The translations under genes and the position numbers were made by a program. A DNA stretch of 64,000 nucleotides, from the IMG/VR virus record IMGVR_UViG_3300040811_001959; one strand, 5' to 3'. Origin of the DNA: a virus (Duplodnaviria > Caudoviricetes). Numbering within the stretch: the stretch's first letter is position 1; every line of letters begins with the position of its first letter. Positions 27,437 to 37,774 of the stretch are shown piece by piece. The notes under the pieces were generated by a model. The model saw nothing but the letters and a program-made list of their open reading frames with translations. It was not told where the DNA came from and ran no database searches.

Positions 27437-29029
27437 TTAAGTATTGCTAAGTGTAAATTTACTATTTGTAGTTACGTTTAATGGTTGACGTCCGTATCTA
27501 GAATACAACATCCTATTACTTGCTCCTATTAGACTTTCATCTATAAGTTCATAGTCTGTATCTGAACCCGTTGTGTATAGCACACTCTTAGCGTCATTAA
27601 AAATTCTATCTTGCATTTCTGCAGGAGTTAGATTAGGGAATACCTGTAGGTGTTGTGCAATTACTCCACATACTTGAGGACTAGCCATTGATGTTCCGCT
27701 AATACTTGTTATTACATAATTGTTATCAGTAGGATCTGAAACAGTTGTGTAGTTATCGTTGATGTTAGATGTGCCAGCAAGTATGTTAGAACCAGGTGCC
27801 CATATATTAACACTTGGTCCTCTACTAGATGAAAATGCAGTTTTATCTTTGTATGTTGTATCAAGTATTTGTGTTGAATTAATGTTACCAACCATAAATG
27901 CATTTTGTGAACGTGGGCTTGATCCTTGATGGTAGCTTCTAGTACCTATACCAGAAAATAACACAGTGTTATTATAATCCGGTCCTCCACTTATGTCTGC
28001 TTTGTGCCAATCATTGCCTGCTGCAATGCAAACGTGTATACCGTCTAAGATCATATCTTCAACTTCAGCATCTACTGAAGCAACTCTTGCCGGAATGCTA
28101 AAATAATCATATGCAGGATTAAAAATACCGTAAACACCTTCAATTGTGTCACTTACACCTGTTGCAGCCATTAGTACTGCTCTGTCTGTATAGTCAACAC
28201 CCCAAGTCCACGCAGTGCCTCTATATACGCCACTTGTAGGATTGCCTGATGCTGTAGCACTGTAGCCCCAGCTCATATTAACTACAGTTGGACGCCCGTT
28301 AGTTTTAGCATTGTGCCAAAGACGTATAGCATCAAATGCATCTGCTAAAGGAATGCCTGTTCCACTATCACCTGCACCTTCAAGTCCGCCTAGTTTCTGT
28401 GAGTACACATGAGCGCCCTTAGCCCATCCGTATTTTAATCCTGCGGCTGTACTTGCTACGTGTGTTCCGTGTCCGTCGAAGTCTCTGTAGTGGTTAGCAC
28501 TCTGTGTTCCTGCTAGGCCACTAGCAGTGTACCAATCAATTTGTTGTAAACGACTAACACCGTTATAGTCATTCCATTCAGGATGATTTGCTTCAATGCC
28601 ACTGTCTTGTATTACTACGTCAACACCTGTGCCGTCAATTGCATACTCGTAATCGCCTGAAATGGTTGTGCCATTATTGTATGTATTTGTTTCTTCTATG
28701 CAGCGTCTTAGTCCCCAATTTACATAAGCACTATTCACTCCGCTGCCTCTTTGGAATGTTCCTTGTTGATAAGCATTTAATCCAATACTAATATCATCAC
28801 GTTGCTCTGGCGGTATCTCTACTGCACGTACTCTAGGGTCTGCACGTAGAGCTTCTGCTTCTTCATCTGTAAGCATAAAGTGTGTTTGTATACGTGAACC
28901 AGGACGTGGGTTAGCAACGTCTACTGAGCGATTAGGAATAGGGCCTGCTCCGCTACTAGCAGTAATCTCTTCTTCTAGTTCGGGCAAGTCTTCTCTAGTG
29001 TTTGCTATTACTGTGTATTCTTTTTCCAT
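27437..29029 (-). CDS. Subtilisin-family (S8) serine protease with N-terminal prodomain
   Basis: Catalytic triad motifs QDSG, HGTHVA and GTSMASP; oxyanion 'AAGND'. Confidence 0.92.
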   Translation of the reverse strand: MEKEYTVIANTREDLPELEEEITASSGAGPIPNRSVDVANPRPGSRIQTHFMLTDEEAEALRADPRVRAVEIPPEQRDDISIGLNAYQQGTFQRGSGVNSAYVNWGLRRCIEETNTYNNGTTISGDYEYAIDGTGVDVVIQDSGIEANHPEWNDYNGVSRLQQIDWYTASGLAGTQSANHYRDFDGHGTHVASTAAGLKYGWAKGAHVYSQKLGGLEGAGDSGTGIPLADAFDAIRLWHNAKTNGRPTVVNMSWGYSATASGNPTSGVYRGTAWTWGVDYTDRAVLMAATGVSDTIEGVYGIFNPAYDYFSIPARVASVDAEVEDMILDGIHVCIAAGNDWHKADISGGPDYNNTVLFSGIGTRSYHQGSSPRSQNAFMVGNINSTQILDTTYKDKTAFSSSRGPSVNIWAPGSNILAGTSNINDNYTTVSDPTDNNYVITSISGTSMASPQVCGVIAQHLQVFPNLTPAEMQDRIFNDAKSVLYTTGSDTDYELIDESLIGASNRMLYSRYGRQPLNVTTNSKFTLSNT

Positions 29030-29036
29030 AATTTTC

Positions 29037-29867
29037 TTATATTAAGTTTACCCAAGCACCATTTTCGTAACCTTGGAATTTGTTGTCGGTTACATTGTAT
29101 ATAATATCACCATTGCCTGCAGTTAAATCATTTCTTTCTGTAGTAGTTAAAACAGGTGGTCTAAAAGCACCGCCAGTTACTCTAGTTCCGTCGGCAGAAT
29201 TCAATGTTAAGGTACTTGCACTATCTAAAGTTATAGTACCAGTTCCTGACGTTTCTAAGGCACTAAAACTTAGTGTTCCTGATGTTGAAAAGTCATCGTT
29301 TATCCATTGTGTACCACTCCATTTTAGGAATTGTCCACTTTGAACTGTAGTAATATTTGTATCAGACAAGTCGTTTAATACTGCATCAATATCTAGTATT
29401 TGTTTCCAGTTGCCGTCATGAGCAAAATATGCATGACCTTCTGTGTGAGCGTGGGCAAACATTCCATGATAGGTGCTTGCATTTACTGTAGTATCTAAGG
29501 TGTTAAAATCTGCAAAAACGTTTGAATACCATAATTGGCCAGTTGTTATTAGATTACCAGTATCGTCGATTGTTATAGCAGAATTTTGCAGTGTATCACC
29601 AGTTGTGCCATCAAACCGTACAATAGCATTATCAGTTGAACTTGCTGCTTTTGTAACATCTCCAGTTGCGGTTGCACTTATTACACCATTTACATCTATT
29701 GTTATATTTGTTCCTTGCTTTACACCACCTAAAACAGTATTAGTTGCAATAGGTAAAGTATATGCAGTTGCTGCGGAAGTCCAAGTAGTTCCGTCCCATG
29801 TCCAAGTTATATCACCTACTGTAAGAGTATCGTTAAGTACTGGTGAATTTGGAAAATTAATTGCCAT
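29037..29867 (-). CDS. Tail fibre/virion surface protein
   Basis: 'ATNTVLGGVKQG' fibre motif, Thr-rich, C-terminal 'YNVTDNKFQGYENGAW'. Confidence 0.65.
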   Translation of the reverse strand: MAINFPNSPVLNDTLTVGDITWTWDGTTWTSAATAYTLPIATNTVLGGVKQGTNITIDVNGVISATATGDVTKAASSTDNAIVRFDGTTGDTLQNSAITIDDTGNLITTGQLWYSNVFADFNTLDTTVNASTYHGMFAHAHTEGHAYFAHDGNWKQILDIDAVLNDLSDTNITTVQSGQFLKWSGTQWINDDFSTSGTLSFSALETSGTGTITLDSASTLTLNSADGTRVTGGAFRPPVLTTTERNDLTAGNGDIIYNVTDNKFQGYENGAWVNLI

Positions 29868-29885
29868 GTTTATCTATTCCTTTTC

Positions 29886-30896
29886 TCATAAATCATGAAT
29901 AATTATCATGATTTCGCCTAAATCTAATGGAGTTTCATTCCAACGTCTAATTATAAATTCAACTCTGTCAACAAATCTTGTTGTGCCAATTTGTACTCCA
30001 TTTCCTGCTGTCCAGTTAGTACCATCATAAGACGCATTTACAATGTAATCTGTTCTAGCAGAGTAAGGAGATGGAAATGTAAGGGTATATACAACGTCTA
30101 AACCTTGAGCTGATCCGTCACCGCCGGACTTTGATACAGTATAACCGGTTGTGCCCATCCATGTTGGATTGTTACCATTCATATTAATACAACCGATTGC
30201 AGTTGGTGAACTTTGTGAAGGACTGGAACCACCTTGTGGTGTGGTATCAACCCATTGCAAACTTGTACCGTCATTGTAATAAATTTTTAGTAAGCCGTTG
30301 CTTGAATTCCACCAAAGATCCCCATTAGCAGCAGTCACGGGAGCTGTATCAGAAATAGATACCGCAGTAGCTGTTGTCAAATATCCAGCAGTTGAATGAT
30401 CTCCCCAACTGTAAGCTGTATTCCAATTAGAAATTTCAGTATTTCCAATATTTGCTGCAGGACTTTGGGTAAAAACTGGATCAGTTTCTGTGTAGGCAAA
30501 TGTAGATGCCACCCAAGCTGTTCCATTCCATCTTAACAATTGGTTAGTTTCAGGACTATCTGTAAAATCAACATCTTGTAATGATCCTAAATTTTGCTCA
30601 GATATTGTTGTTAGATAGCCAGCACTTGAATGATTGCCCCAGTTGTATGCGGTGCTCCAATTTGCAATGTTCAAATCAGTTATTCCAGCAGCAGGACTAT
30701 CAGTAAAAACAGGATCAGTTTCTTCATAAAAAGTTAAATATCCAGCTGCAGCATGATTGCCCCAAGTATACGCTGTGCTCCAATTTGCGCTGTTATTTTC
30801 TAATGCTGTTGTCCTAGTATTTAAATCCGTGAAATTCCCATCTAATTCTTCGTGCGTTAGAGCACCATTTTTTGTTAGTCTTAATACTATTGCCAT
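29886..30896 (-). CDS. Tail fibre-like protein with three NW.TAY.WG.H..AGYLT repeats
   Basis: Repeats visible in the translation; ETDPVFT occurs twice. Confidence 0.65.
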   Translation of the reverse strand: MAIVLRLTKNGALTHEELDGNFTDLNTRTTALENNSANWSTAYTWGNHAAAGYLTFYEETDPVFTDSPAAGITDLNIANWSTAYNWGNHSSAGYLTTISEQNLGSLQDVDFTDSPETNQLLRWNGTAWVASTFAYTETDPVFTQSPAANIGNTEISNWNTAYSWGDHSTAGYLTTATAVSISDTAPVTAANGDLWWNSSNGLLKIYYNDGTSLQWVDTTPQGGSSPSQSSPTAIGCINMNGNNPTWMGTTGYTVSKSGGDGSAQGLDVVYTLTFPSPYSARTDYIVNASYDGTNWTAGNGVQIGTTRFVDRVEFIIRRWNETPLDLGEIMIIIHDL

Positions 30897-31360
30897 TATT
30901 CTACATATCCTAATTCTACATAATCTGGTGTTATGTATGTGTTGGTATCTATTACAATATCTTCTTCTGCATTAATATTTAGTGAGGTAGATAATGGATC
31001 TTGTAGATTTCGTAACTCTACAAGATGATTTTTTCTAGTAGTTTTAAATCCTAATTGTGATGTTTTATCTCTACTTAAATTTATAACCTTAACAACTATA
31101 GAACTTAAAGCACGTTTATCTAATCCTCCTAAACTGTCTAACAATGTAAATATTTTTACACCTTCGACTTTGGCTTGGGTTAACAAAACTTGCGAAATTG
31201 TACGACTTGCAAGAGTACCAAACCCTCTTTTTTCAAAAAAACCTAATACCGCATCATATTCTGACACTGCTATTTCTACAGGTTTGTTAAAATAATTATC
31301 AAAATATTGAATAACTTTGGATTCAGATTTTGTTAAAGGTTTTTTTGGCAATGCTGACAT
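30896..31360 (-). CDS. Hypothetical virion (tail/baseplate-region) protein
   Basis: Intact ORF coupled within the tail operon. Confidence 0.5.
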   Translation of the reverse strand: MSALPKKPLTKSESKVIQYFDNYFNKPVEIAVSEYDAVLGFFEKRGFGTLASRTISQVLLTQAKVEGVKIFTLLDSLGGLDKRALSSIVVKVINLSRDKTSQLGFKTTRKNHLVELRNLQDPLSTSLNINAEEDIVIDTNTYITPDYVELGYVE

Positions 31361-31373
31361 TTTTATCCTTTAC

Positions 31374-32411
31374 TTAAAAATTTGCATTAGGCAAACCGCT
31401 TACAACATTATCATAGACACTGTCAGATCCGCTAGTAATAATATTTGTAATATCTTCGTTTATTCCAGCTTGCGTTAAGTCACCTATATTTTGTGCAAGA
31501 TTAACTCCTGCAATAACTGCCGCAATTGGGTTACTGAATCCTTTGCCTGTTGCTCCGTATTCAAATAAATCCGCTGCACCTGACAATACTGCTCCTAGTG
31601 AAACTGATCCTCCACCTAATAAAGTTATAGGACTAGGTGTGACATCGTAATGTGCTAAATCTCCAAATCCATTAGGTTCTCCATCTGCACCTGCTTCGGT
31701 ACCTCCTCTGTCAATCCAAACTGTTTCATATGCAACAGTCATAGTATTTTCATTTGTGCTACTTCCGTCAGCAGAATTTACATCTCCATGTTTCCATTCT
31801 GTTACAATAGGATTGACTAGGGTATAGGTAGTATAGGTATGTCTAGTCATTTGACTTATTTGTATGTCTATAAAAAACGGATCTGTAATTTGATTATGTA
31901 AACCAAACGTGTATTTATTTCTCTCAGCACCTAGGTAAGTATTGTCTCTTGCCGGCCAACTCTTATCATAAGCTCTACGTAATTGATCAACTCCGTAATT
32001 ACCATCAGCAAAATAATATCTATAATATGCTTCAAATAATCCTGTTGCAATTCCTAGATTGTCATCATGGAAAGATATGTTAATAGGATTATAGGTTAAA
32101 CCTGTTTGAATATTTGCTGTTCGATTGTATTTTTTCTTTGTTTCTATCTGTGCAGAAAAACTAGGTAAATCACTTGCTTTAACCAATAGGCCAGCTTCTA
32201 ACGTGTGTTTTTTCTCACTCCAGGTAGGTAAAGTTTTTTTGATGGCCGGACTAAAAGTGAAAGCTACATGATATAGGAACTTAACTTTTGGGGCTAATCT
32301 AAAACTATTTTTTACAAATGTTCTGCTTGCGTGTCGCCAATCGCCTAAATTTCCCTTAGGGTTGAGCACTCCGCTTACAAGATTATCTAAAAATCCGTCA
32401 AAAAGTCCCAT
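31374..32411 (-). CDS. Tail-tube paralog / tube initiator (gp19/gp54-like)
   Basis: 'LLVKASDLPSF...YNPINISFHDD...YTLVNPIVTEW...MTVAYE' tube-fold pattern. Confidence 0.65.
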   Translation of the reverse strand: MGLFDGFLDNLVSGVLNPKGNLGDWRHASRTFVKNSFRLAPKVKFLYHVAFTFSPAIKKTLPTWSEKKHTLEAGLLVKASDLPSFSAQIETKKKYNRTANIQTGLTYNPINISFHDDNLGIATGLFEAYYRYYFADGNYGVDQLRRAYDKSWPARDNTYLGAERNKYTFGLHNQITDPFFIDIQISQMTRHTYTTYTLVNPIVTEWKHGDVNSADGSSTNENTMTVAYETVWIDRGGTEAGADGEPNGFGDLAHYDVTPSPITLLGGGSVSLGAVLSGAADLFEYGATGKGFSNPIAAVIAGVNLAQNIGDLTQAGINEDITNIITSGSDSVYDNVVSGLPNANF

Positions 32412-32423
32412 ATTTTGTTCTTT

Positions 32424-32451
32424 AAAAAAATAAGGAGCGAAACGCTCCTTA
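32424..32451 (-). terminator. Rho-independent terminator after the tail tube gene
   Basis: taaggagcg-ttt-cgctcctta followed by T7 on the minus strand. Confidence 0.85.
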
Positions 32452-32457
32452 AATTAA

Positions 32458-33084
32458 TTAAGCACCGCCGCCTGTTGCAAGAGTACTTACATTTCTTGCA
32501 ATAGCTGTTCCAATGCCAACTCCTTGTGGAGTTTGAATTGCATTATCATAGCGTATGTTCAAGGTAATTGTTACCGGTGCTGACTCTGCATAGTTTAAAC
32601 TATTATAATTCGCACTTTCTAAGTAGCAACCAAAAAGTTCAAAAGTTTCTAAAACGGTAGGTACATTTGCTGCGTTACCGCCATCTAAGATTTCTATCAC
32701 AGTTGTAAATTTGTAATCTAAACCTGATGCTGCACTTGATTGCTCATAAAAATCAAATTGTTTCTGTAATTGTTCACCTACTAAAGTTTGTACTTCATTG
32801 TTAACATCTTCACGTAAGTTAATTGTAATAGGTTCCCAAGTATGTTTTCCTGCCAAGTATACCCTAGAGTTATAAACATCTAGGGTAATTTGATCAAAGG
32901 ATATATTTGGTTTGGTACAATCTATCACTTGTTTTGTTAATTCAGTTGTAGGTGTTTTAACACCAAAATTATTAAACGATACTCTAAATCGATATTGTAA
33001 TTTTGGCATCAATAGCCCTTGCGATGATGCTGAATCACCGGATGCTAAGGGCACTGTCATTTTAGATAATGTTGCTATAGCCAT
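32458..33084 (-). CDS. gp19: Tail tube protein (gp19-like)
   Basis: 'PKLQYRFRV', 'GKHTWEPITINLRED', 'FELFGCY', downstream of the sheath gene. Confidence 0.85.
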   Translation of the reverse strand: MAIATLSKMTVPLASGDSASSQGLLMPKLQYRFRVSFNNFGVKTPTTELTKQVIDCTKPNISFDQITLDVYNSRVYLAGKHTWEPITINLREDVNNEVQTLVGEQLQKQFDFYEQSSAASGLDYKFTTVIEILDGGNAANVPTVLETFELFGCYLESANYNSLNYAESAPVTITLNIRYDNAIQTPQGVGIGTAIARNVSTLATGGGA

Positions 33085-33101
33085 TTAATTTGCTCCTAAT
33101 G

Positions 33102-33108
33102 TATTTAT
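33102..33108 (-). promoter_or_regulatory. Late promoter box GATAAATAC followed by AGGAG RBS
   Basis: 'gataaatacattaggagcaaattaaATG'. Confidence 0.7.
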
Positions 33109-33114
33109 CCTAAA

Positions 33115-36100
33115 TTAAAGCCCGGATATTTCGCCGGTATTCTTGATTCTTAGTGGTATATAGATAAATTCAATTGCTTTTACTGGCTCTATGGCAATAT
33201 CTACATACAACTCGTTTCTATCAATTCTACTCGGAGTATTATTTGATTCATCGCATACAACTAAGAAATCATATAATGCTCTTAATCCAACAAGTTCAAG
33301 CAATAATGTTTCTACTTGTTGTTTTATTTCGTCTCTAGTAATTTTATCATTTGGCTCAAACAAGTAAGGTTTAGCTAAAACTTTCAGTTGGCCTCTTAAG
33401 TAAATGATTAATCTAGCAACATTTATCCTATCTAGCGAACTGGCTACAAGTTGTCTTGTTTTCTGTCCAAAACATACTAATCCTGCACCTGTAATAAACG
33501 TAATTGGATTAACATTATTTGAATACAATGTATCTCGCATACCTTCATTCATTGCAAGAGTTTTAAACTCGCCTTCAGCTGTAATCGTACCGCTCGATGT
33601 TGCGTTAGTAATATTACCTCTCCTTGTACCAGCAGGAGCAAACCATGGATAAGAAACTTGATCACTAAGTGCAATAGTTCTTAACATCATATGACTTGCA
33701 GGTACTACTACATTATTACCGAAATTATCACTTGTGAAACCGCTTGGATAATAAACTGCCATGTATGGGTCTGAACTTACTAACCCTACTATATTATCTT
33801 CTGCAGCACCATTAACGTTAGTTGCCCATTCATTGAGCACTGTTGCATTTGGTTCTAATCTAAAAGGCGTGTCACCAATGATAAATGCTGATAAATTTCT
33901 ATCATAATTTAGTGAATTCATTTCACCTATTAATTCTGGATATCCTGGACATGCCATTAAATTAAACAATCGTGATTCGTCATCTCTAATTTCATCATTG
34001 CTGTTTACAAGGGCTTGTAATTGTTGGACAACAACTTTACGTTGAGCAATTCTTCCAAAAGATCCACTTCCGTCAATCTGATTACCGGATTCTGTAACCC
34101 ATCTATCTGGAAAATATGTTGTATCTTCTGTTAGTCCTGTCATTGCTTCGTTGTTATATCTAATATTCTTACCAGATAATTCTAAATAATTTTTATGATA
34201 TTTTTTAACATTAAACCCGCTTCGTCTTAGATTGAATAACAACATTCCTTTTGGATATAATGCTGGATCCGGACTGTCTGGATCAACATAATCGCTTGCT
34301 AATAAATCAGCAATATCGCCTGGTTGATCACTATTCACACCTGATGTGTTGTATCTTGCATCAGCAAATAAAACGCCATCCTCTGTGGTTTGATCGGTTG
34401 TATCTAGAATGAACCATCTATTTGCTTTTGGTAGATCTGTTCTATCGTTATTATAGCGATAAATTTGAGGATACTTTTCAATATCTGATGTATCAATCCA
34501 TAAATCTCCTGTAACCAAAGCTGTATTATCGCTTTGAACTTTTGGCATAGAAGCACTGACAATTGGTCCATTTGGATCGGTTTTTTCGCTATCTACTACG
34601 GTGTAGAACGGACTTGCAGTTCCGCTCATGCCACTTGTACCGTCGTATTGATATCCTACAAATTCGCTACCGTTGTGGACAAGTATGTCAACTTCGTCAA
34701 TTATTGAACTATACCATAATGTACCGTCTGCTGTGTCTGCTACAACTTCTGTATCGCTAGCGGTATAATTTAAAACTTTCCATAAAGTAGCAGTAAAATC
34801 TAAAGGATTTGTAGACGAATCTGTCCCTGGAGAATAATATAAATTTGGAGTGCCTGTTGTTTCGTCAACGTAACCACTAAATCCAGCTGCAGTAAGCACA
34901 CCGTTAGTGTCGATGAATTTTATATCTCCTCCAAGTGTATGTGAAATTACAACTTTATTTTGAGCATTTACAGCGGCACTTAAATTTTTTATACCAGCGT
35001 CATTGATCGCATCGGCTAAAATTGTTGCATCAGATGCAGCTCCTGCATAATCTGCAGAAATTGTAACTACATCTGTGTAATCTAATGTACCTGCATCAGA
35101 CACTTGGACTGTAAATGCTTGCGCATTACCTGAAAGTTGATTTGTAATCCTTACACCAACAATTTGTGTAGGAGCTACATCATCTCTTCTATAAAATTTT
35201 ACTGTTCCAACAGGACGTGATGCATTTCCTATGTTTGTTTGAGCATACAAATCTCCAGTTAATAAGCCAAGACCTCCCTGTGATCTATCTAATGTGTACA
35301 AAGCCTCTAAATTTGAGTCATAAACTGGAATATCTTGTTGTTCCCAAATTTTTGTTCCGTCGTTCCATTTGGAAACAGAAAATGCCATTCCTTTGTTTGG
35401 ACTAGTTGTTTTTAACCATAAAGATCCTGTAGGTCTTGGATTTGCTGCAGTTGACTTATATTCAGGTACATTTGTATGCGGACCAATTTGTAACATTGGA
35501 ACATAAAATAATGCATTGCCTGTTCCTACATCAAATGAAATTCCAAGTTCGTCTAGTGGATTAATATCAGCATTTGCATTATTATGAAGCAATAGTGTTT
35601 CAATTGCTCCACCTGCGCCATTTGTTCCATCACTGTAAATTTCTAATTTACCATCAACATTTGCAGCAGATACATTTCCATTTGGATGAGCAGTAATAAT
35701 TGATGCTACTACATCGTCAACTGTATCTCCAGGATTAACTGCAATAACAACTCCATTAATTTCAAAATCTGCTGCAACAGCACCTACATCATTTGAAAAT
35801 ACCGTGTTTACTGCTGTTCCTGCAACAGTAGCCCAGCTTTTCATCCATGCATTACTACCAACTAGTACCCATTCTGTGGTGTTTCGGTAGAAAATTTTGT
35901 TTAAGGTAGTTGTTGCTACAACTGCATATGATCCAGATAATCCTACGGATTTTTTAGGAATTTCTCCTGCAAATCCATTAAGGCTAAGTGAACCTGTATT
36001 TGTTAAATTTGTTGTATCGGTAATTACAACCGGAACTTGATTTGTAAAATTTTGTCCGCCATTTAATATACTTGCCCCATTCCATTCTTGTATACCCCAT

Positions 36101-36528
36101 AACGAAATGCTTGTATCTAGCCAATACGTACCGTCGGCTGGATCTGCTCCTGGTGCTGTAGCAGACCCTTCTAATGCGCCTAAATCTACATCGGCTCTTA
36201 CAATATAGGCTCTGTTTGCTATTCCCAAATATGAATAAGCTGCTTGTAATCCATATTCATTTAATTCACCACCGTGAATAGGATTATTGTTTGTATCAGT
36301 TTTAAAAATTGGGTCTCCAAAAGTATCTACAAGATCTCTTTGAGATGTAATCAGGTACGGTGTACCAGCATTTGCTGATAAAGTTCCAGGAGCTGTACCT
36401 GTACCGGCTCCGTTTGGTTTATTTGAAGCTGTTGCTACAAAAATACAAGGTAAGGTACCAGGTGTTGCCGGAGTATAAAAACTTTCGTCAACTACTTTAA
36501 CCTCTACCCCTGGTGATACTAGTGCCAT
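33115..36528 (-). CDS. gp18: Contractile tail sheath protein (gp18-like), 1137 aa
   Basis: 'MALVSPGVEV', 'PWFAPAGTRRG', 'GQKT', 'DRINVARL', 'VVCDESNNT'. Confidence 0.95.
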   Translation of the reverse strand: MALVSPGVEVKVVDESFYTPATPGTLPCIFVATASNKPNGAGTGTAPGTLSANAGTPYLITSQRDLVDTFGDPIFKTDTNNNPIHGGELNEYGLQAAYSYLGIANRAYIVRADVDLGALEGSATAPGADPADGTYWLDTSISLWGIQEWNGASILNGGQNFTNQVPVVITDTTNLTNTGSLSLNGFAGEIPKKSVGLSGSYAVVATTTLNKIFYRNTTEWVLVGSNAWMKSWATVAGTAVNTVFSNDVGAVAADFEINGVVIAVNPGDTVDDVVASIITAHPNGNVSAANVDGKLEIYSDGTNGAGGAIETLLLHNNANADINPLDELGISFDVGTGNALFYVPMLQIGPHTNVPEYKSTAANPRPTGSLWLKTTSPNKGMAFSVSKWNDGTKIWEQQDIPVYDSNLEALYTLDRSQGGLGLLTGDLYAQTNIGNASRPVGTVKFYRRDDVAPTQIVGVRITNQLSGNAQAFTVQVSDAGTLDYTDVVTISADYAGAASDATILADAINDAGIKNLSAAVNAQNKVVISHTLGGDIKFIDTNGVLTAAGFSGYVDETTGTPNLYYSPGTDSSTNPLDFTATLWKVLNYTASDTEVVADTADGTLWYSSIIDEVDILVHNGSEFVGYQYDGTSGMSGTASPFYTVVDSEKTDPNGPIVSASMPKVQSDNTALVTGDLWIDTSDIEKYPQIYRYNNDRTDLPKANRWFILDTTDQTTEDGVLFADARYNTSGVNSDQPGDIADLLASDYVDPDSPDPALYPKGMLLFNLRRSGFNVKKYHKNYLELSGKNIRYNNEAMTGLTEDTTYFPDRWVTESGNQIDGSGSFGRIAQRKVVVQQLQALVNSNDEIRDDESRLFNLMACPGYPELIGEMNSLNYDRNLSAFIIGDTPFRLEPNATVLNEWATNVNGAAEDNIVGLVSSDPYMAVYYPSGFTSDNFGNNVVVPASHMMLRTIALSDQVSYPWFAPAGTRRGNITNATSSGTITAEGEFKTLAMNEGMRDTLYSNNVNPITFITGAGLVCFGQKTRQLVASSLDRINVARLIIYLRGQLKVLAKPYLFEPNDKITRDEIKQQVETLLLELVGLRALYDFLVVCDESNNTPSRIDRNELYVDIAIEPVKAIEFIYIPLRIKNTGEISGL

Positions 36529-36549
36529 ATTACTTTCTCCTATTAAGGC

Positions 36550-36611
36550 TATAAATATTCTAAAAGTATTTAGCAGAATATTGGGAATTTATTGGTTTCA
36601 AAACATAAATA
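36550..36611. promoter_or_regulatory. Cluster of late boxes between the sheath and HNH genes
   Basis: + TATAAATA 36550-36557, - CTAAATA 36567-36573, + ATAAATA 36605-36611. Confidence 0.5.
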
Positions 36612-36635
36612 GGAAAGGGGCAAAAAGGTGAGCTA

Positions 36636-36974
36636 ATGAGACCATTATGTATCTGTGGTATACGACCAGCAGCAATTAATTATAGAAAAAACAACAAAAC
36701 TTATTATAGAAAAAAATGTGAGATTTGTTTAAAAACGGATGAGGTAGCTGTCGGTATTCCGTTATGGCAAATTAATGGATATACAAAAAAAAATTACTGT
36801 GAAAAATGTAAATTTTCTAGCCATTACCAAGAACAATTTAACGTTTATCATATTGATGGTAATTTGCGAAATTGTAAATTTTCTAATTTAAAAACTATCT
36901 GTGCAAATTGTCAAAGAATTTTGTCTAAAGAGGGATTAAAGTGGAAACAAGGCGATTTAATACCGGATTTTTAA
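36636..36974 (+). CDS. Cys-rich HNH-like zinc-binding protein
   Basis: CxC, CxxC, CxxC and 'HIDGNLRN...NLKTICANCQ'. Confidence 0.7.
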   Translation: MRPLCICGIRPAAINYRKNNKTYYRKKCEICLKTDEVAVGIPLWQINGYTKKNYCEKCKFSSHYQEQFNVYHIDGNLRNCKFSNLKTICANCQRILSKEGLKWKQGDLIPDF

Positions 36975-37729
36975 CCTATAATAAATCCATAGCCGGTTCC
37001 ACCTGCAACTGCTGTAGAAATTTCTTGTTCTAATTTTTCCATTTCTGCCTGCGCTTCGCTTTTTAATGCATCACCATTAAGTTGTCCTCCGCCTTGGGGA
37101 CCTGCGATTGTAGCAAATTTAGATCTTGCTTCTCCTAACATCATTTTACTAATAGCTAATGCATAATCTCTAATCCATACTTTTGCCATGTAATCACTTA
37201 ATAATTGATCATCTGGTCTATAGTTATAGCATTCAAGTAATAAAGTTTCTTCTGCTCTAGGACGTTGGAGTATTGTTAAGACATGTCTTGTCCTGTTCCA
37301 ATTAAATTCTATAAAAGATCCAAACATCCTGCCTACAAGTTCTTGGAATTGACTAAAAAAATCGTAAGTTGCTAATCCACCTAAATTAGAACTTGCAAGT
37401 AAATATGTGTTAGTGTATGCTAGGTTAAATGGTTCAAATATACTGCCACCGTCGCCGCCACCTGTTCGAGAGCCTATACTACGTCTAAATATTCGGCGCA
37501 CTTCTAAAATTTCTTTTGGTAAGGTGTAGGTATTCTGATCTACAATTGTTGGCATAAAAAAATAACTTTCTTCTGTGCTATTTTCAGTTCGTTGCCTATA
37601 TCTTGATAATGCTTTATCCAAAGCAGTTTCATAATGTACAGGATCAAGTTCTACATCTACCATTCCTCCGCCTAGCATGTTGTGAATGTAATCGTAAACT
37701 TCTTGTCTCAATGTAGCTATTTCAGTCAT
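36971..37729 (-). CDS. gp13: Neck protein (gp13-like head-tail adaptor)
   Basis: 'LGGGMVDVELD', 'LGEARSKF', 'LNGDALKSEA'. Confidence 0.8.
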   Translation of the reverse strand: MTEIATLRQEVYDYIHNMLGGGMVDVELDPVHYETALDKALSRYRQRTENSTEESYFFMPTIVDQNTYTLPKEILEVRRIFRRSIGSRTGGGDGGSIFEPFNLAYTNTYLLASSNLGGLATYDFFSQFQELVGRMFGSFIEFNWNRTRHVLTILQRPRAEETLLLECYNYRPDDQLLSDYMAKVWIRDYALAISKMMLGEARSKFATIAGPQGGGQLNGDALKSEAQAEMEKLEQEISTAVAGGTGYGFIIG

Positions 37730-37743
37730 ATTTTTATGTCTCC

Positions 37744-37774
37744 TATAGTATTTATCGACTCGATAAATACTATA
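37744..37774. promoter_or_regulatory. 14-bp perfect inverted repeat made of two back-to-back late promoters
   Basis: tatagtatttatcg-act-cgataaatactata. Confidence 0.8.
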
